Positions 37,479 to 51,999 of a stretch of 64,000 nt of DNA are shown one piece after another; positions within the stretch are counted from its first letter, which is position 1; every line of letters starts with the position of its first letter. This DNA is from Adineta vaga. Lineage: Eukaryota > Animalia > Rotifera. The DNA is taken from assembly GCA_021613535.1 (NCBI GenBank), contig CP075492.1:6200001-6264000 (forward strand). The letters are read 5' to 3'. The notes under the pieces are model-generated. The model ran no database searches. It was not told the DNA's origin and saw nothing but the letters and a program-made list of their open reading frames with translations. A program made the translations under genes and the position numbers.

Positions 37479-37796
37479 ATGCAATTCCTACGAATTCCAA
37501 CCGATATTATTCATCTTTGGATGTATTGTATTAGTGGAGTTGCAACCGTTATATTTTTAATGATTATGATCTGTTACTTAGCATGCCGTCAAGAATATTC
37601 AGATAGAGCAGCACGACGAAGAGCAAAGAGACTTCACTTAACTACAATTCAAAATTGGCAACAACAGGTCAATTCTTATCCTGATTTATCTCATCGACTT
37701 GCAAGTGATATTCTACTTCAATTAGATAGTAATCGACAAACAACAGCATCTTCAACCAATATAGAAATTCAAAACAATTATACTAAATCTATATGA
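37479..37796 (+). CDS. Small single-pass membrane protein
   Basis: TM segment ISGVATVIFLMIMICYLAC followed by basic stop-transfer RAARRRAKR. Confidence 0.55.
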   Translation: MQFLRIPTDIIHLWMYCISGVATVIFLMIMICYLACRQEYSDRAARRRAKRLHLTTIQNWQQQVNSYPDLSHRLASDILLQLDSNRQTTASSTNIEIQNNYTKSI

Positions 37797-38017
37797 ATTA
37801 ACATTTGTTTTCTTAATACGTACTACTTAATACAACAGAATCGTACTAACTGTATATGTAAATTTTATCTTGACGGTAGAGATATCTCGTCTTTATGATG
37901 ATTACGAATTAGTCAATAGTATTCATATTTATTTAAGATTATATGTTTTGGAAATCGAAGTAGCAAGACTGAATGTTCTGTAGAATAAAAATTTAGCGAA
38001 AATAGTTAATGATAGAT

Positions 38018-38983
38018 TTAAATCGTTTTTTTAAATAAATTGAATAATGTCCGACGAAACAATGTACCAGTAATTGTATATAAATAGAAAGTTATACAAC
38101 TAGGAATATAAGTTAGAAGAAGAACGAAACTAAAAAGTAAACTTTCCAAAGCTCGTTGTGATGAACTTTTGCTCTGATAAAATGTATAAGTTAGATAGAA
38201 TTTTTGTCCAGCTTGTGGAAACGTAAATATAGTAAGTAGAATTACTTGTGCTATTAACATCATAGTTAAACTGATTTCATCTCGTCGAATTTGTCGATTA
38301 GTAATTTTCGTATTTGTACTATCTGACGATATTCCTTTTCGTTTTGTTTGACGAAGATTACGAATAGTTAAAAGACCAAATATCAATATAATTCCAGCGG
38401 GTATAATAGTTGTAATCAATGATTGTGCAAGATCATTAAAAACACGACAAGCATCTGATTTTGCATAACATTTCTGTGGTGTACCAATTAAATTAGCATT
38501 GAAACAATAGCCTGCTTGAGCCCAAATTAAAATAGAGCTGAAACTAACAATTCCAATCCAATAGTATGTATTCTTCAAATTACTCATTTGACGTCGATGA
38601 ATATTGATATTTGAAATTAAATAACGGTCTATGGTCGCAAGAGTTAATAACCATGAAGAAATGGTACGCATTGTAAATAAGATAATTATACGTAATTTAC
38701 AAAAAACAGGAACAGTTTCTGTTCGATCGGAGAACATAAAAAAGCTTTGAAGAGCACGTGGTGTTACACCAGAGATAATAACAATTAAGTTTGATATACT
38801 AGCCAAAAGAAAATAAATTACGCAAGGTTTAAAACGAAGAGATCGTTGGATAAATACAAAACAATTGAGTAGATTACCAATGAGACCCAAAAGAAGAATA
38901 AGAACTGACATAAACAGAGTTATTTGATTGGAAATATTCTGTAGTGTTGTTACGTATGATGTTACATTACTTGTATTAGACAT
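38018..38983 (-). CDS. Rhodopsin-like (class A) GPCR, intronless
   Basis: GLIGN in TM1, CKLR, TIDRY, seven hydrophobic segments, FYLY...FR in TM7/helix 8. Confidence 0.88.
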   Translation of the reverse strand: MSNTSNVTSYVTTLQNISNQITLFMSVLILLLGLIGNLLNCFVFIQRSLRFKPCVIYFLLASISNLIVIISGVTPRALQSFFMFSDRTETVPVFCKLRIIILFTMRTISSWLLTLATIDRYLISNINIHRRQMSNLKNTYYWIGIVSFSSILIWAQAGYCFNANLIGTPQKCYAKSDACRVFNDLAQSLITTIIPAGIILIFGLLTIRNLRQTKRKGISSDSTNTKITNRQIRRDEISLTMMLIAQVILLTIFTFPQAGQKFYLTYTFYQSKSSSQRALESLLFSFVLLLTYIPSCITFYLYTITGTLFRRTLFNLFKKTI

Positions 38984-41011
38984 TATTCTGTCAAATTTAG
39001 AAGAATTTTCGAGTAAATGCCTTTTATTTGAGATCGACTGTGAACAGAGAAAGTCTTGTGATGAGAGAATGCAAAAATCATTATTCAACTGGAAAATGAC
39101 TTTTTCTTAAAAATTAGTTCTGCAAGTGTTCGTCGATAACGATATTACTTAAGGCAAGCATCAATTGAAATATGAACATGTTTTCCCTTGAAAACGGCAC
39201 TATGAATTGTTATATTAAATAAAAAGCAATTAAACTAAATTCAACGATATGTTTCTTTCACAATCATGATATTTTGTATTTCCTGGAAAAGAGAATATAC
39301 TGTGGGTGTGTCATATATCGTTATTTTTACAAAGGAAATGATTACTGATGAAGATGTATCTAATGAAAATGGAAAAATATTTTTATTACATTTTCACTCT
39401 TTGATTTATACAAGCGGTAGAGTCTGGATGAAATCTCAATGTGAATTTGTATCGTTGAAACGCTTATTCCTAGAAAAAGTTATAGTGCAATATATGAATG
39501 CTATAAAACATTGAGTCGAATAAATTGCGGGATTTATACGCGTAATAAAAACATTTAAAAAAAGGGTTTACAACTACTGGAGAAGTTTTACCAAGATTTA
39601 TGATAAAAAAAGAGTTTTATGAAGTGTGATAGAGCGGGTTTTTGACAAGTCATTATGTTTTTAGAGGTTTCAGGAATTTGGGGATTTTCAGATGGTTTTC
39701 CATGAAATTTTCGCGCCGAATATTGGGGAATGAATCAAAATTTTATCGAATGATCTTGTTTTTCGTTAAGTTTACAATTAAAAATACCGCTAATACTTTT
39801 CGGAAATTCTTTGAAAACAGAGCGGCTTCTATTATGCGGGGGTGGAGAGTTATAGTTACATCCGAGTTTATTTAATGTTTTTCTCCAAGACTTCATTTTG
39901 TATAGATGTCTTAGAATATTTGAATCAACCCTGAGTTGTAATCATTGCATTATCTTGCATTTTCACAATGGGACAGTCAGATGATGCTCTTATACACCTA
40001 CACTCTCACCTGTATCAAAACTTGATTGTTATCATAAAACTTTAGTGCAATGACAAAATAAACCAAAAGGCATTGTTAATGTCAACTGATACGCAAATAT
40101 GTAGACATTCATCTGCTTTTTCTTTGACAAATAAAAGAGGGTTAAAGTCCATTTTAAATTCGATTTTATCTTGATAAAAAATATTATAAGCGAAGAAAAC
40201 AATATTACATGTATCATCTAGCTTGGAATCATACCATTTTAATTGATGAATGCGTTTTTTTGAATAAGTTACTGAAGAATTCAATACACAGCATAAAAAG
40301 TATCCTAAATGATCATATGAAAAAGAGAATGTGCTTTATCAGTTTTCGACGAGTTTCTATTCTTTCCTTTTTAAACCTTTGCGTGTAAACAGTCGTATTG
40401 TCTATTTCAACAATATAGGCTGATAAAAAGTGACGAATAAATACATGAATAACGAAAGTTTTGGTGTCTGACTTCCAATAGGGAAAAAAATAAAAAATCA
40501 GCTAACATAGAGAAACATTGTTCGTAAAAGTCATCTCAAAAACTATTTATAATATACTGTGACGCAAAATTCTGTTAGCAATCTTAAGAACATTTACTCA
40601 GAATTCATATCAGACATATAACAAGATAAAAATAGTTTTCTTTTATTTCTTATAAAGAATTTGTATAACTCTTGTCGAGAACATGTATATGTTTGCCAAC
40701 ACTTTAATTTTCGATATTTTGTTATCAGCAGAAAAACAAACATCTTGGTAATTTAGACAAAGGAATAATCCCTGTTTATTGTTTCGCAGGTGATATTGAC
40801 GTAGGCGTAGGAAAAATAACTTGAAGTCAAACAAATAAAGTGCAAGATAACAGCAATAAATAGAGAGGCACTTTGAAATTCAATTATATATACAACAACA
40901 GTATTCAACTTTGTTGCAGCTTCGTTTGATATTTTTTTCAGTATCAGAAGTGAGTGTTCCTTTGTGCTATATCTTATTTTTCTACAGAATACTTGCACAT
41001 AGATACACAAC

Positions 41012-44000
41012 ATGGTACTTTATACAATGCTTAATGGTGATGGTGAAGCTCCTAGTATTCCCCATCAAAAACAGAGAAGGTGAGTAAAATATTTGAAATT
41101 TTTAAGCATCTATATCAAACTTAGATACAAGACTGTGTTATTTCAATTAGGAGTACTTGGAAATCAGCTTGGGTTCGTGCTGGGGCCGGTTGCCTATTAC
41201 TTGCCGGTATTTCTTTGATTGCCGCTATTGTTCTCTATAATTCAGTATCCATTGGAAATAAATCCACCGCTTCCGTAGAGAAAAAGAAAGGTTAATATAC
41301 GCATGTGTTTTCCATTAATATTATAGAAAGTGATTGTTTAGATCTATACGAAACGGTTCTTGAAATCGTCTTAACAACAGATTATGCTTTCAACGATGAT
41401 AGTCAAGCATTCAATATCAGGAATCTGGACGCTATGGCAGAACAAGTATGATATCTATAGTGAATCATGTATTAGCATGCATTTTTTCATATTTATAGTT
41501 AACAACTAAACTCAACGGTCGAGCGCTTCGTGTTATCAACGGTTTCTTTCGTAATGATTACGAATCAAAGAGGTATACAGCCGTATTAAATATAATGTAT
41601 AAATAGGTTTTTTCATCTATTTTTCGTTCTAGAACTATTTGCGAAGATACCTTAAGTGGCAATATCCTTGAATTGCATATTGTCCCTTCATATGCAGTTC
41701 AATGTACATCGTCAGATGACACTAAATGCAAGAGTCGTCTTGTAAAACAATTGCGTTCTATGTTTCATCGACAACTGAGTTTTCTTCTAACGATTCAATT
41801 TAGTGATGATCAATCAAATGAAGTAAATACAAAAGTATGTGATGTGAAAGCTATAGATGGTAGGGTAGAAAATACTATATAACTACTGAAATATACATGT
41901 TCCTTATTTAGAACATCGAGATGAATCTATCGCTTCAGCTACACCGATACAACGATCAAGACGAAAACGAACAACAACAAAACCATTAACATCAATAATA
42001 GAAGAACCAGCGGAAGTTTCATTAGAAATAGGAGCAGGAGCATCTGAGCCGCAAAGAGCTCGAAATTGTAAGTATATCCAATGAGAACGAAGTCGAGTGT
42101 TTCTGTAACTAGAAAAATTGATATTTCATACTTTCTTTAGATCCGAAGTATGCGAATGATGCATATGTAACATAAAAAAGAACTCATTGTGCTTTGTGCC
42201 TGAATAAAATTGGTCTCGTTCAAATGAGCGGTGATCATGGATATGATATTCAAGACGATATACGAACGTATTACAATAATGGTCAATATCGACGCGCGTT
42301 TATCTTGACAGTATTTGAAGACTCCATTCACACACTACATGTCCAGTTAGATTGTGCTGGACATTTGGGCGAACGTTTATCGGACAGTCCGTGTAGTAGC
42401 TCGTTGAGTGCACATATATGGATAGATTATAATGATAATGGTCATGATGACGGAGAAAGTCGACTTCTACGTCGATCTTGGTCAACTGACGGCACATCCA
42501 CTGGTACCTTTGATTTGGATGTTTACATACCAACGATTGATGGTGTAAATACAAAAGCTGGCCAACACACAATGAGAATTACTGTGGCACCCAGTCATGA
42601 ATATCAAACTAATTTTGGTACTATAGATTACAGAGAACAGAGAGATTATTCATTAAATATCGTCCGAAAAGCTAGACACATAGGTAAAGCGATCTTTATT
42701 GTATAAATATAAAAATAAAATAAAAACGATTCTATCTTTCTATTATAGTAGCTGCACCGACAACTCCTTATATTTATAGAGATCCACTCTGTTCAGTTGA
42801 TTTCGGAAAGATCAATCTTGTTTTAATGGCAGGAGAAGTCGGTACTGAAATTCGTGATGATTTGGCCAGAAATAACTTAGCAGATTATCGTCGAAATCAA
42901 CATCACCTAGCCGTCACTCTTTATGAACACACAATCTATCTATTGCGTATTCAATTACAGTGTTCATCTCAATTGAAGACGGAATTAACTGAAACGGGCT
43001 GCAACTTAGCCCAAGATATTAACGTTTTCTTAGATTTGAATGACGATGGACGCTATGACTCGTCTGACATCGGTGCACCATATCGTTGGCCAGTCACTAG
43101 CTATCTACCAGATGGTATATACGACATTCAAATATATATACCATATTTGGATGATCGTTATGTCACATCTCGACAACACGGAATGCGCATCGTAGTTACA
43201 CCAAACGATCATTACCGCCGAATTTGCGGCAATCGTGATTATATGGAAGAAAGAAATTACTATGTCAACATCATTTCGAAGAGAAATTACATACGTACGT
43301 ATTTTTGTTTTGTTTTCATATTTGAAGATGGTTTGTCACAGGATGATAAGAATAGTGATATTTCTTCATATGTGTTGCTCTTATGCTTATCACTTAAGAT
43401 TCATATTTCTATCTAATGAAAACTTGAATATACAGAATATGACTGAAATTATTGACTTTATTCATACTTTTATTCGTATTCTTATTTTGTCTGAACTTTG
43501 CATTATGTCTTAATATATTGTTCACATCTATTCTAGCACCAAACAATATTGAAGCAACATATGCGGCATATGGTAATATCACCTGTACGCCACAAGTTGG
43601 CAAACTTATACTTGTAGTGATGGGTGGGGAACATCGGACACAACTTAGGGATGATCCATCCACAAACGCGTTATTAGGTACAAGTGATGAGATTCAACAA
43701 CATTTATCTATTATGTTACGCGAAGGTGTCACTTATCTGTTGCGTCTTCAGTTTGAATGTATTGGCCATCAACGAAATTCAGTAGAAAACAATTGTCATC
43801 TACCTCATGAGGTCAGTGCTTGGATAGACCTTGATGATAATGGTCGCTATGATGAATCGGAAAGTGCAACTCCTTATAGGTGGCCTCTAACAAGTTATTT
43901 ACCCCAAGGGGTATACGACTTACAAATTGTGGTGCCGGTAATAGATGGTAGGAAGATCAAAAGTGGCCCTCATCGTATGAAATTAGTTGTCATATTAAAC

Positions 44001-44698
44001 GAGGACTATCGTAAAAAATGCAATATTAACGATTACGAAGAGACACGTTACTATACGGTCACTGTTGTTTCACATACTGCAATCAAGTAATTATGCGTTT
44101 AGATGCGAGTTAATATATTTACTAATGATTCTCTATTGTAGATGAACTTGGTGGTCCTTACTTACAATTAAGTGATCGCGTATGTACTCAAAGTCATGGT
44201 CGAATCGTACTGGTCATTATGGCTGGGGAGCAGGGAACTGAAATTCGCGATAATACTCCGAACAATACTATTATCAGCGAATATCAAAATCGCCATCATA
44301 TGGCCGTGACTCTTTTCGAAAATACAAATTATCGTATTCATATCCAGGTAGACTGTGAACTGTTATCTAGCAGAGGACCATTGCGAAGTGACTGCAACTT
44401 GATGCAAGATGTCAACGTGTTAATTGATCAAAACAATGACAACAAATATCAGGAAAGCGAATCTGCTACTCCAGATCGTTGGCCACTACGTAGCTCAATT
44501 TCATTGGGCCTCTATGATTATGAAATTCATACACCGCCCAGTGAAAATGCATATTATCGAAGAAATGAAGCACACCTTATGCGCATCATTGTCAAGCCCA
44601 GTAGTGAACAGGAGACCAAATGTGGTCACTCTAATTATGCTGAAATTAGAGAGTATAGTTTAAACATCATCCCGCGAGTGACAACCCATGAACATTAA
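41012..44698 (+). CDS. Type II membrane protein with four tandem GEVED-like domains (~10 exons; in-frame TAA at 42173)
   Basis: TM segment AGAGCLLLAGISLIAAIVLY; RSRRKR site. Four repeats with WIDYNDNG / FLDLNDDG / WIDLDDNG / LIDQNNDN, then HxMR/KI/LxV, then YxExRxYxV/L. Confidence 0.75.
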
Positions 44699-47636
44699 AT
44701 ACATACAAGTGATCGACGATAAACTAATTACTTCATCGATTGTTTATTTATACTTACTATTTATTTTTTCTTTCTAAAGATCAATAAATCTGAAGAAAAG
44801 TTGATCATAGCATGTCCTGCTGTAAATAGATTGTATAGTTTGAGTGATACACAATATGCATCATCTCAAAATCAATGTATTCTCTTAAATTTACAGTCTA
44901 CAATATGATTTAAAGATTCAAATGAATTCATCGTATCATAAAATAATTTTAGTCAAAGTTCATTTATATTTTGATTCAGAATCGATAGTTTCAATGTTCA
45001 TCTATATCAGCAATCATCTATAGAAAACGACAAAATTTCAAATCAAATCATCATAATACCATATACCAATTCTACTCACCAGTGGATCTTCTTCCATGGG
45101 ACTAATGCCAAACTCATCCTCCATTGGTGATGTACCATTCTAATAACAAAAAAGAGATTATTTGGCATTTACAAGAAATATTTGTGATGACACTTTTTCT
45201 ACAGTTTTCTCAATACTTACATCAGTAATTGAATCTTCATCATCCGACGTATTTTCTGGAGGATTTTGCAACTCACTTGTTATTCTTTCCTATCAGAAAA
45301 TTTTTAAATCAGACTTCGACCAAGAATGTATAGAATACTGTAACCGAGCTTACTTCTTCTTCAATCATACTCTTGATTGTTGAGTAATATACATGATCAT
45401 ACGTAGTTCCTCTGAAAAAAGTGGAAATAATATTATAAAATCATATAAAATGGTTGTAATTTTTGATAATAATACTTGAAAACTAGCCATATAAGTATCC
45501 ATGTTTTGATAGTTCGCAAAAGTGGAATGAATATTTCTGTGACTAATCCACCTAATATGTACAGAAGAAAAATAAACATTCACACGTCTTTTTCTGACAT
45601 GTAGCCAACAATTTTGTTTAGCTTACCATCGGTAAAATAAGAATTTACGAAGTAAGTTGCCCAGAACAAATCTTCACATTGGTTTCTTAGCGAGTTAATA
45701 TGTATTAGCAATTTAAAAAATTGCAGTAAACAGACAGTAAGGTTTAGACCACAAAAACCGTTTAGTATACGATTGAAATCAGTAACAATATTTTTCTGCA
45801 TTATCAACGGTACAGATTCCATAATAAAAGTATGTTCTGAATTACCTGATTCGTAAAAAAAACACGAAATTAAGAATACAATGTGCTCTGTACGTTAACT
45901 GAATCATCCGTAAGTTGTTTGTTTCTACGGTCACTGGGAAAAAATGCAAACTCAAATTATTGTACGTAATGAAGTAACTATAGGCGCATGAGAGCAAACA
46001 TCAGCTCAGTGTCTGCAATGTGCTTTGCATCACAAATATTAATTTATATTTACATTAGTAAAAAAGGTTGAGGGTGTGGATTAATGGCCATGGCTTACAC
46101 ATTGTTTCATTTCATGACGACTGCATTACCGTTCATATTATACTATTCGGTTTTATTGATAGACATTCGCATGTGTGTGAATGAAAGAAAGAGTATAAGT
46201 ATAAAAGGAACTCATATCTACGCCATAAGGATAAACTTTTACTGAAAAAATCAACGTCTCAATCTGACATTATAATTTTTGAGCGTTCGCCGTAATCGTG
46301 TAGAAAACACCTCTTCTGAGCAGCGATCTGTAATATTAAACACTGCTGGTGCAGGGCGTTCATATGTATAATTAGTAATCTGAATACTGAATAATGACGC
46401 AGAATCATTTTAGGATTTTTAATGCGTTTGTTTGATATGTAAATGTTGTAATTAAGATGAAAATAGACAATCTTTTTTCTTTTTACATATGTATGGTGGT
46501 GGTTTACTATACAGGATAAAAAGATAAAGTTTAGATTCGATTAAGGATGTATTCAATGTACTTTAAAAGTAAATAATTCATCTCAAGACTGATTAATCTG
46601 CATCGAAGATGAAAATACTATATTCATTACCTCATAACGATAATAAAGTACCATTAAATGTTTCTGTTTCATTATAGTGATGATTTTATTCATACAGAAG
46701 CACACAAACTTGATATTTACAATGGAAAATTATGAATATTACCGAATGTTATCATACAGTTTAAATTCTTCGACTTCCGTAATAGCGTCATCACGTATAT
46801 TCTTTTAACTGATATTTTTCTTGTTTCACACAGTCTTGCTATATATGCACATATTATATCGGAGATAAATAATTCGAAAATAACAGAATTTCAGAATCTC
46901 TGAATTTTATACCTAGATTTTCTTTTCTTTTTCTGCTTGTTTTAAAAATATTTCCATTCTTCTAACCTAGTATGTATTTTTTTTGAATAATACCTACGGT
47001 GTCACCTGCTCTTAGTGTTCGATGGTTATGATAATCGAAAATAATCGACAGATCACTAGGTCTGTATGCTGTAGCATCTAGCGTACATCGAGAACAAGTT
47101 TTCTAGAATGATACCGATACTGGCATATAATTATAAACCCTTTTCAGGTTGTAGTAAAAGTATAAACGATGAAACAAACAATACCATTGTTATCCTATAC
47201 TATATATTTGTCTACGATTTGGTACAAATTCATTTTAACATTTATTTTTGCAAACGACTGACGGTATAATATACATATCTATTATGTGCAATGCCCAAAA
47301 AATATTTGTTGCATATTCAAAACGTATATGGACAATACAGTAGTTCGTATGTATTTTTTTAGGATTGAAAGACAACTAAAATGTATGCTTAATATTTTTA
47401 TTCGATTGGCTTATAACGTCAAGAAGAAAATGTGCTGTTTATCTTAGACAAATAAAACGTCTTTTTCGTTCGTTTGCTCGTTAGTTTCTTTAGTATTCTT
47501 TTATTGCATCTCTGTGGTTTTGTTTCTTTTTTTTTACTTTGAAAATAACAACACTGGAGAAGCACGTACACTTCATCGACATTCATCATATCGGTGTAGA
47601 ATAAAAGCAAGATTAAAAACACATCTGCGATCAAAC

Positions 47637-49327
47637 ATGATGTCTCATATTACTGAATTCAGTTATGAAAATCATTGGCATGAAGTAAAAATTGATCTTG
47701 AAAGAGTTCGTCATACTATTTTATTTATTATTCGTATTTGAAAACGATAGATGTTTTTCTTTGTTTTTAAAGTCGATTGACGATAATCAACCATTAGGAT
47801 TTTTTATTGCTGGTGGTCTCAATACAAATTCATCTAATCATCGTTTTACGTCTATTATTGTTACTAAAATCATTGAAAATAGCCTTGTGGACAAAGATAA
47901 ACGATTAAAGTAAACGTATCTACATTTATTCATGACTGTTTACAGTAAATATTGATTTGTTTTATTTTAGACTATATGATATAATATTAAGTGTAAATAA
48001 TATCGATTTTACGAATATTAACGAACAAAATGCTTTGAATATATTACGAAAAGCAAGACCAACAGTTCAATTGGTTAGTAATTCACTTAAAATCTTCTCT
48101 AATCAATATACTATTTAGATTGTACGTCGACTGTCACCATTAATCATCGAAGAAATCGAATTACAACATAATGGAAAATTAGGTATGACAATTGCAGGTG
48201 GTATCGATATTGAACATTATGCAAAGTATTTTCCTCATTTATTTATTTATTTATTTATTTATTATCTAGTTTTTTGTTTTGAATATTTAGTGATCCTGGA
48301 ATATTTGTCATTAGTAAAGAAAACTATCAAACCAATGCACAATTTAATATAGGTGATCGACTGATAGAAATCTCGTCAACGGTATATTAAGAATATAAAA
48401 AAATGACTTTCAATGTACTTCTTTCTCTTGTAGAACAATACATACGATCTACGATTTGTTACATTTGAAGATGCGAAAAAATATATAAGATTAGCATGTA
48501 AAGAAAGCCAGATCATTAAACTAAGTATTGGACATCCGAAAGATATTATTGAAGTGTAAGTAAAAAACTCGAGTGAGTTCATGTCGAAAGATAAGTTTCT
48601 CATATAGACAAAATAGTGGAAACGATTTATCTGTTACTCATTCAGAAGAAGGTAGTATACATATCCTCATTTCTCAGTTTTCTATAATTTAATTATATGG
48701 GACTTTCTTCTCAAGATGACAAAGATCAGATGATCCTTTCTTTCACTGAGGGAGGTAGGCAACAACGAATAAATTCAAATTGTTTGCATCTAAAGAATCA
48801 TTGTAGATTATCAAAGATATGAAAGGTATGGAAAACGTGTCAATGATCGATTGTTACATGAACAAAATATTAATAAGTTAGCGATTGTACCGAGAGTAAC
48901 TCAGTTCAGTAGGTATGTATCGCTGATATAATAAAATCATAGATTGTGACGAGAATCTATGTTTAGTTCTGCACTAGCAGTAGCGAATAGAGATTTTACA
49001 TCACACCATTATGTGAATATAGGTGATGAAAAATCGAATACCGTTAATCGACAAAATTATACAGTGAGAAGACGATGATGATGAATTATATTTATAGAAT
49101 TGAAAGATATTTTGTTTATAGGAAAATAATGTTTATCAAGATCGAGATGTCGATCAATCGAATCTATATGATGCAACAATTCGTAAATAAAGCTTGATTT
49201 ATACGTTCATTTTTCTTGTCTTATCTTTTGCTTAGGTGAAGCTCATGCGGAAAAGTTAAGGCGTCAAGAAGCGGATCTAAGTCAAACAGCAAGTCAGAAG
49301 AGAAATAACAACATCGGTAATGAATGA
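47637..49327 (+). CDS. Two-PDZ-domain protein (DLG-like PDZ pair), multi-exon; 3' end approximate
   Basis: LGFFIAGG...IIVTKIIENSLVDKDKRLK|LYDIILSVN; second PDZ LGMTIAGG...DPGIFV...IGDRLIEI. Confidence 0.75.
48237..48263. repeat. (ATTT)n intronic microsatellite
   Basis: About six ATTT units within a PDZ-gene intron. Confidence 0.8.
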
Positions 49328-49672
49328 CTAAGAGTAAGTGAAGAATTTCTTTTATAATCAACAAAATATATACATCGCATTCTCTTATATTTAGTAGCAA
49401 GTAGATTGACATCAACAACATTCGTCAAACATGCACAAAATTAAATTTCTACTCATTTTAAGAATCTATGTATAACTTTTTTGATATTAATTATAACTTG
49501 AAATAAAGATGTATAACTATTAGAGATGTGTTATAGATCTACAGGCAAATACTTTGACATGCACGATATCTATCGTTGAAACAGCATCAACTATTTTCAT
49601 TCGTTATATTGATTTTTTTGTTTCGTTCCAATTCCAAAAAGCTTGATTCATCAACTATTTTATAGATTAAAA

Positions 49673-51999
49673 ATGATAACCAACGAACATCAAATCTTAA
49701 TATCAACTATTGAAACTTATCGTCATTATGCTAATCAACCAATCCCATACGATATTGAATCATGTTATCACGATTCTCACGATGAAATTCTTCATATAAC
49801 ACCATACTTTTCCACAATAGATCTAGTTCAATTGGAAGAGCTTACTTATACACGTTCGTTTACTTATTCATTAAAATCTCGTCAACTTCTATTCACAAGT
49901 AATGTGACACCCATCCATAAAAATCTTGTTCGTCGTCTTGCTTCACCTAATGGAAAGTATCTTGCATTAGTTACGAACGAAACTAAAGGAGAACAAGAAC
50001 TACAATATGTACAAATTTGGCATGATGAACATTTAATCTTTGGATATGAAGTTAATAATAAAAGTAATACTTCACCGCATGGAAAAATCTTACCGAAAAA
50101 TGATTATGCTAGTTTTTTTGAATGGAGTCCCAATTCTCAATATTTGATTTTTACGGCGGAAGAAAAACGAAAAACATTAAAATCATATTTTACTGCTGAA
50201 AAACTCGATGTTGATGATGAGATCAGCCAATCTGCTAGTATTTATCGAGAGAATTGGGGTGAACAAATGGAAATCTTCGAAACATCGATTGTATGTTTAC
50301 TCGATATTTCTACAAAACAAGTGAAAATAATTGAAAATCAACCAGAAGATCTGTACTTTGGTCAATGTACTTGGACAACTAACTCTGATGAATTGATCTT
50401 AGTTGCATTTCGTCTTAAACCTTATCGATTAGGTTTAATTTTTTGTGAAAATCGACCAACAGCCTTATTTAAATGTAATTGGAAACAGAATCAATGGATA
50501 CAATTAACAGAATTTGATGAAATTTGTCGATTATTTCCACGACATATACCAAATAAACAGAATCAATTTGTTTATCTTCAATCGAAAATCTATGGAGCAC
50601 ATAGTCAATGTCAACAATTGATTCTTTTTCATACAGATACGAAAGAAGAAAAAATTCTTATTGATCGAATCGATAAGTATGAAACAAATCATATATTTGA
50701 AAAAGTCTCTTCTTTTCAATTTTAGTGTAAACTATTCCAACTTGAATTCTGCATCATTTACAGCTGAATGGGATACACAATTTAAAGGTTTATACGTATC
50801 TTTTCCACTTCGATGTTATTCTTCTGATGGACGTTATCTTCTACTTCGTTCAAAATCTAGTTCACGAATTGTTTTATATATTTATGATTTTCTTGAACAA
50901 ACAATTCGTTGTATTGATTCACCATTAGGTGTAAATACATCATTAATTGGTCTAGCAATCTTTGGACATTACGTGGCCGTTAATATCGTTGATTTTCGTA
51001 CACCTTTTCGATTATATATATTTGATTTAAAAGCATTGTATGAAAATGTGAATGGATGGTATTCAATAACTGAACATCAGTATAAGGAAGAAGAAAAACA
51101 TCAATTTCAATGGAAACTTGATCGATTCTTTCCGGATAATGAATCAATTCCTGTCGAATCGATTTATGTTCATACACAAAATATTGAATCAAAACGACCG
51201 TTACTAGTCTGGATACATGGTGGACCGAATTCATCTATTTCCTGTAAGTTAACTAATCAGTCTAGTTTCTAATACATGAATCATTTTAGTAAATTATATG
51301 GTCGATGCTGTTGCTTATATTTCATTGGGTTTTGATATTCTTTTCATTAATTATCGTGGATCAACAGGATACGGTCAAGGTAAATAGAAACATCGTATAA
51401 AATCTCATTCGGAAATCGAATTTTTAGCTTCTATCGATAAATTATTGGGCAATATATCCAAAACTGATGTACAAGATTGTCATGAAGCTATTCGTCGTTG
51501 TCTTGAATATACTGATCCAAATCGATCAATCATCCTTTACGGTGGATCACATGCTGGAATAATAATTGGTCGTCTTATTGGAGAATATCCAGATGAATAT
51601 TCACTTGCTATTTTAATCAATCCAGTTACTGATTTATTACATTTCTATGTGACATCAGATATACCTGATTGGACGTTAGCTCAATCAGTGAATAGACCAT
51701 TTGATTTTCAAAACGGTCGTAATCATTTTGCAGATAGTTCATTAATGGAATATTTCATTGAACGATCACCGATTCGTCTTATTGATCGAATAAAAATTCC
51801 AATTTTATTACAATTAGGCAAGAAAGATCGACGTGTACCATTTAGTATGGGTCTTCGTTATTATGAATGTTTGAAAGCAAAGAATATTCCAACAAAACTA
51901 TATATTTATGATAGTGATCATGCTATTAGAGAAGTTGCAAATGATAGTGATATTTTTGTTAATACTATTCTTTTCATAAATGAATGTTTACATTTATAA
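49673..51999 (+). CDS. APEH: Acylamino-acid-releasing enzyme (peptidase S9), multi-exon
   Basis: WGEQM, LGLIFCENRP, IHGGP, NYRGSTGYG, nucleophile GGSHAG, SDIPDW, DRRVP, catalytic His in SDHAI. Confidence 0.9.

Noticed and set aside
39520-39880. G-skewed tract with a 77-aa ORF, possible transposon remnant
   Set aside because: No convincing terminal repeats or protein motif.
45020-45822. Possible minus-strand multi-exon gene
   Set aside because: Segments look partly coding, but I could not build a consistent spliced model or find a motif.
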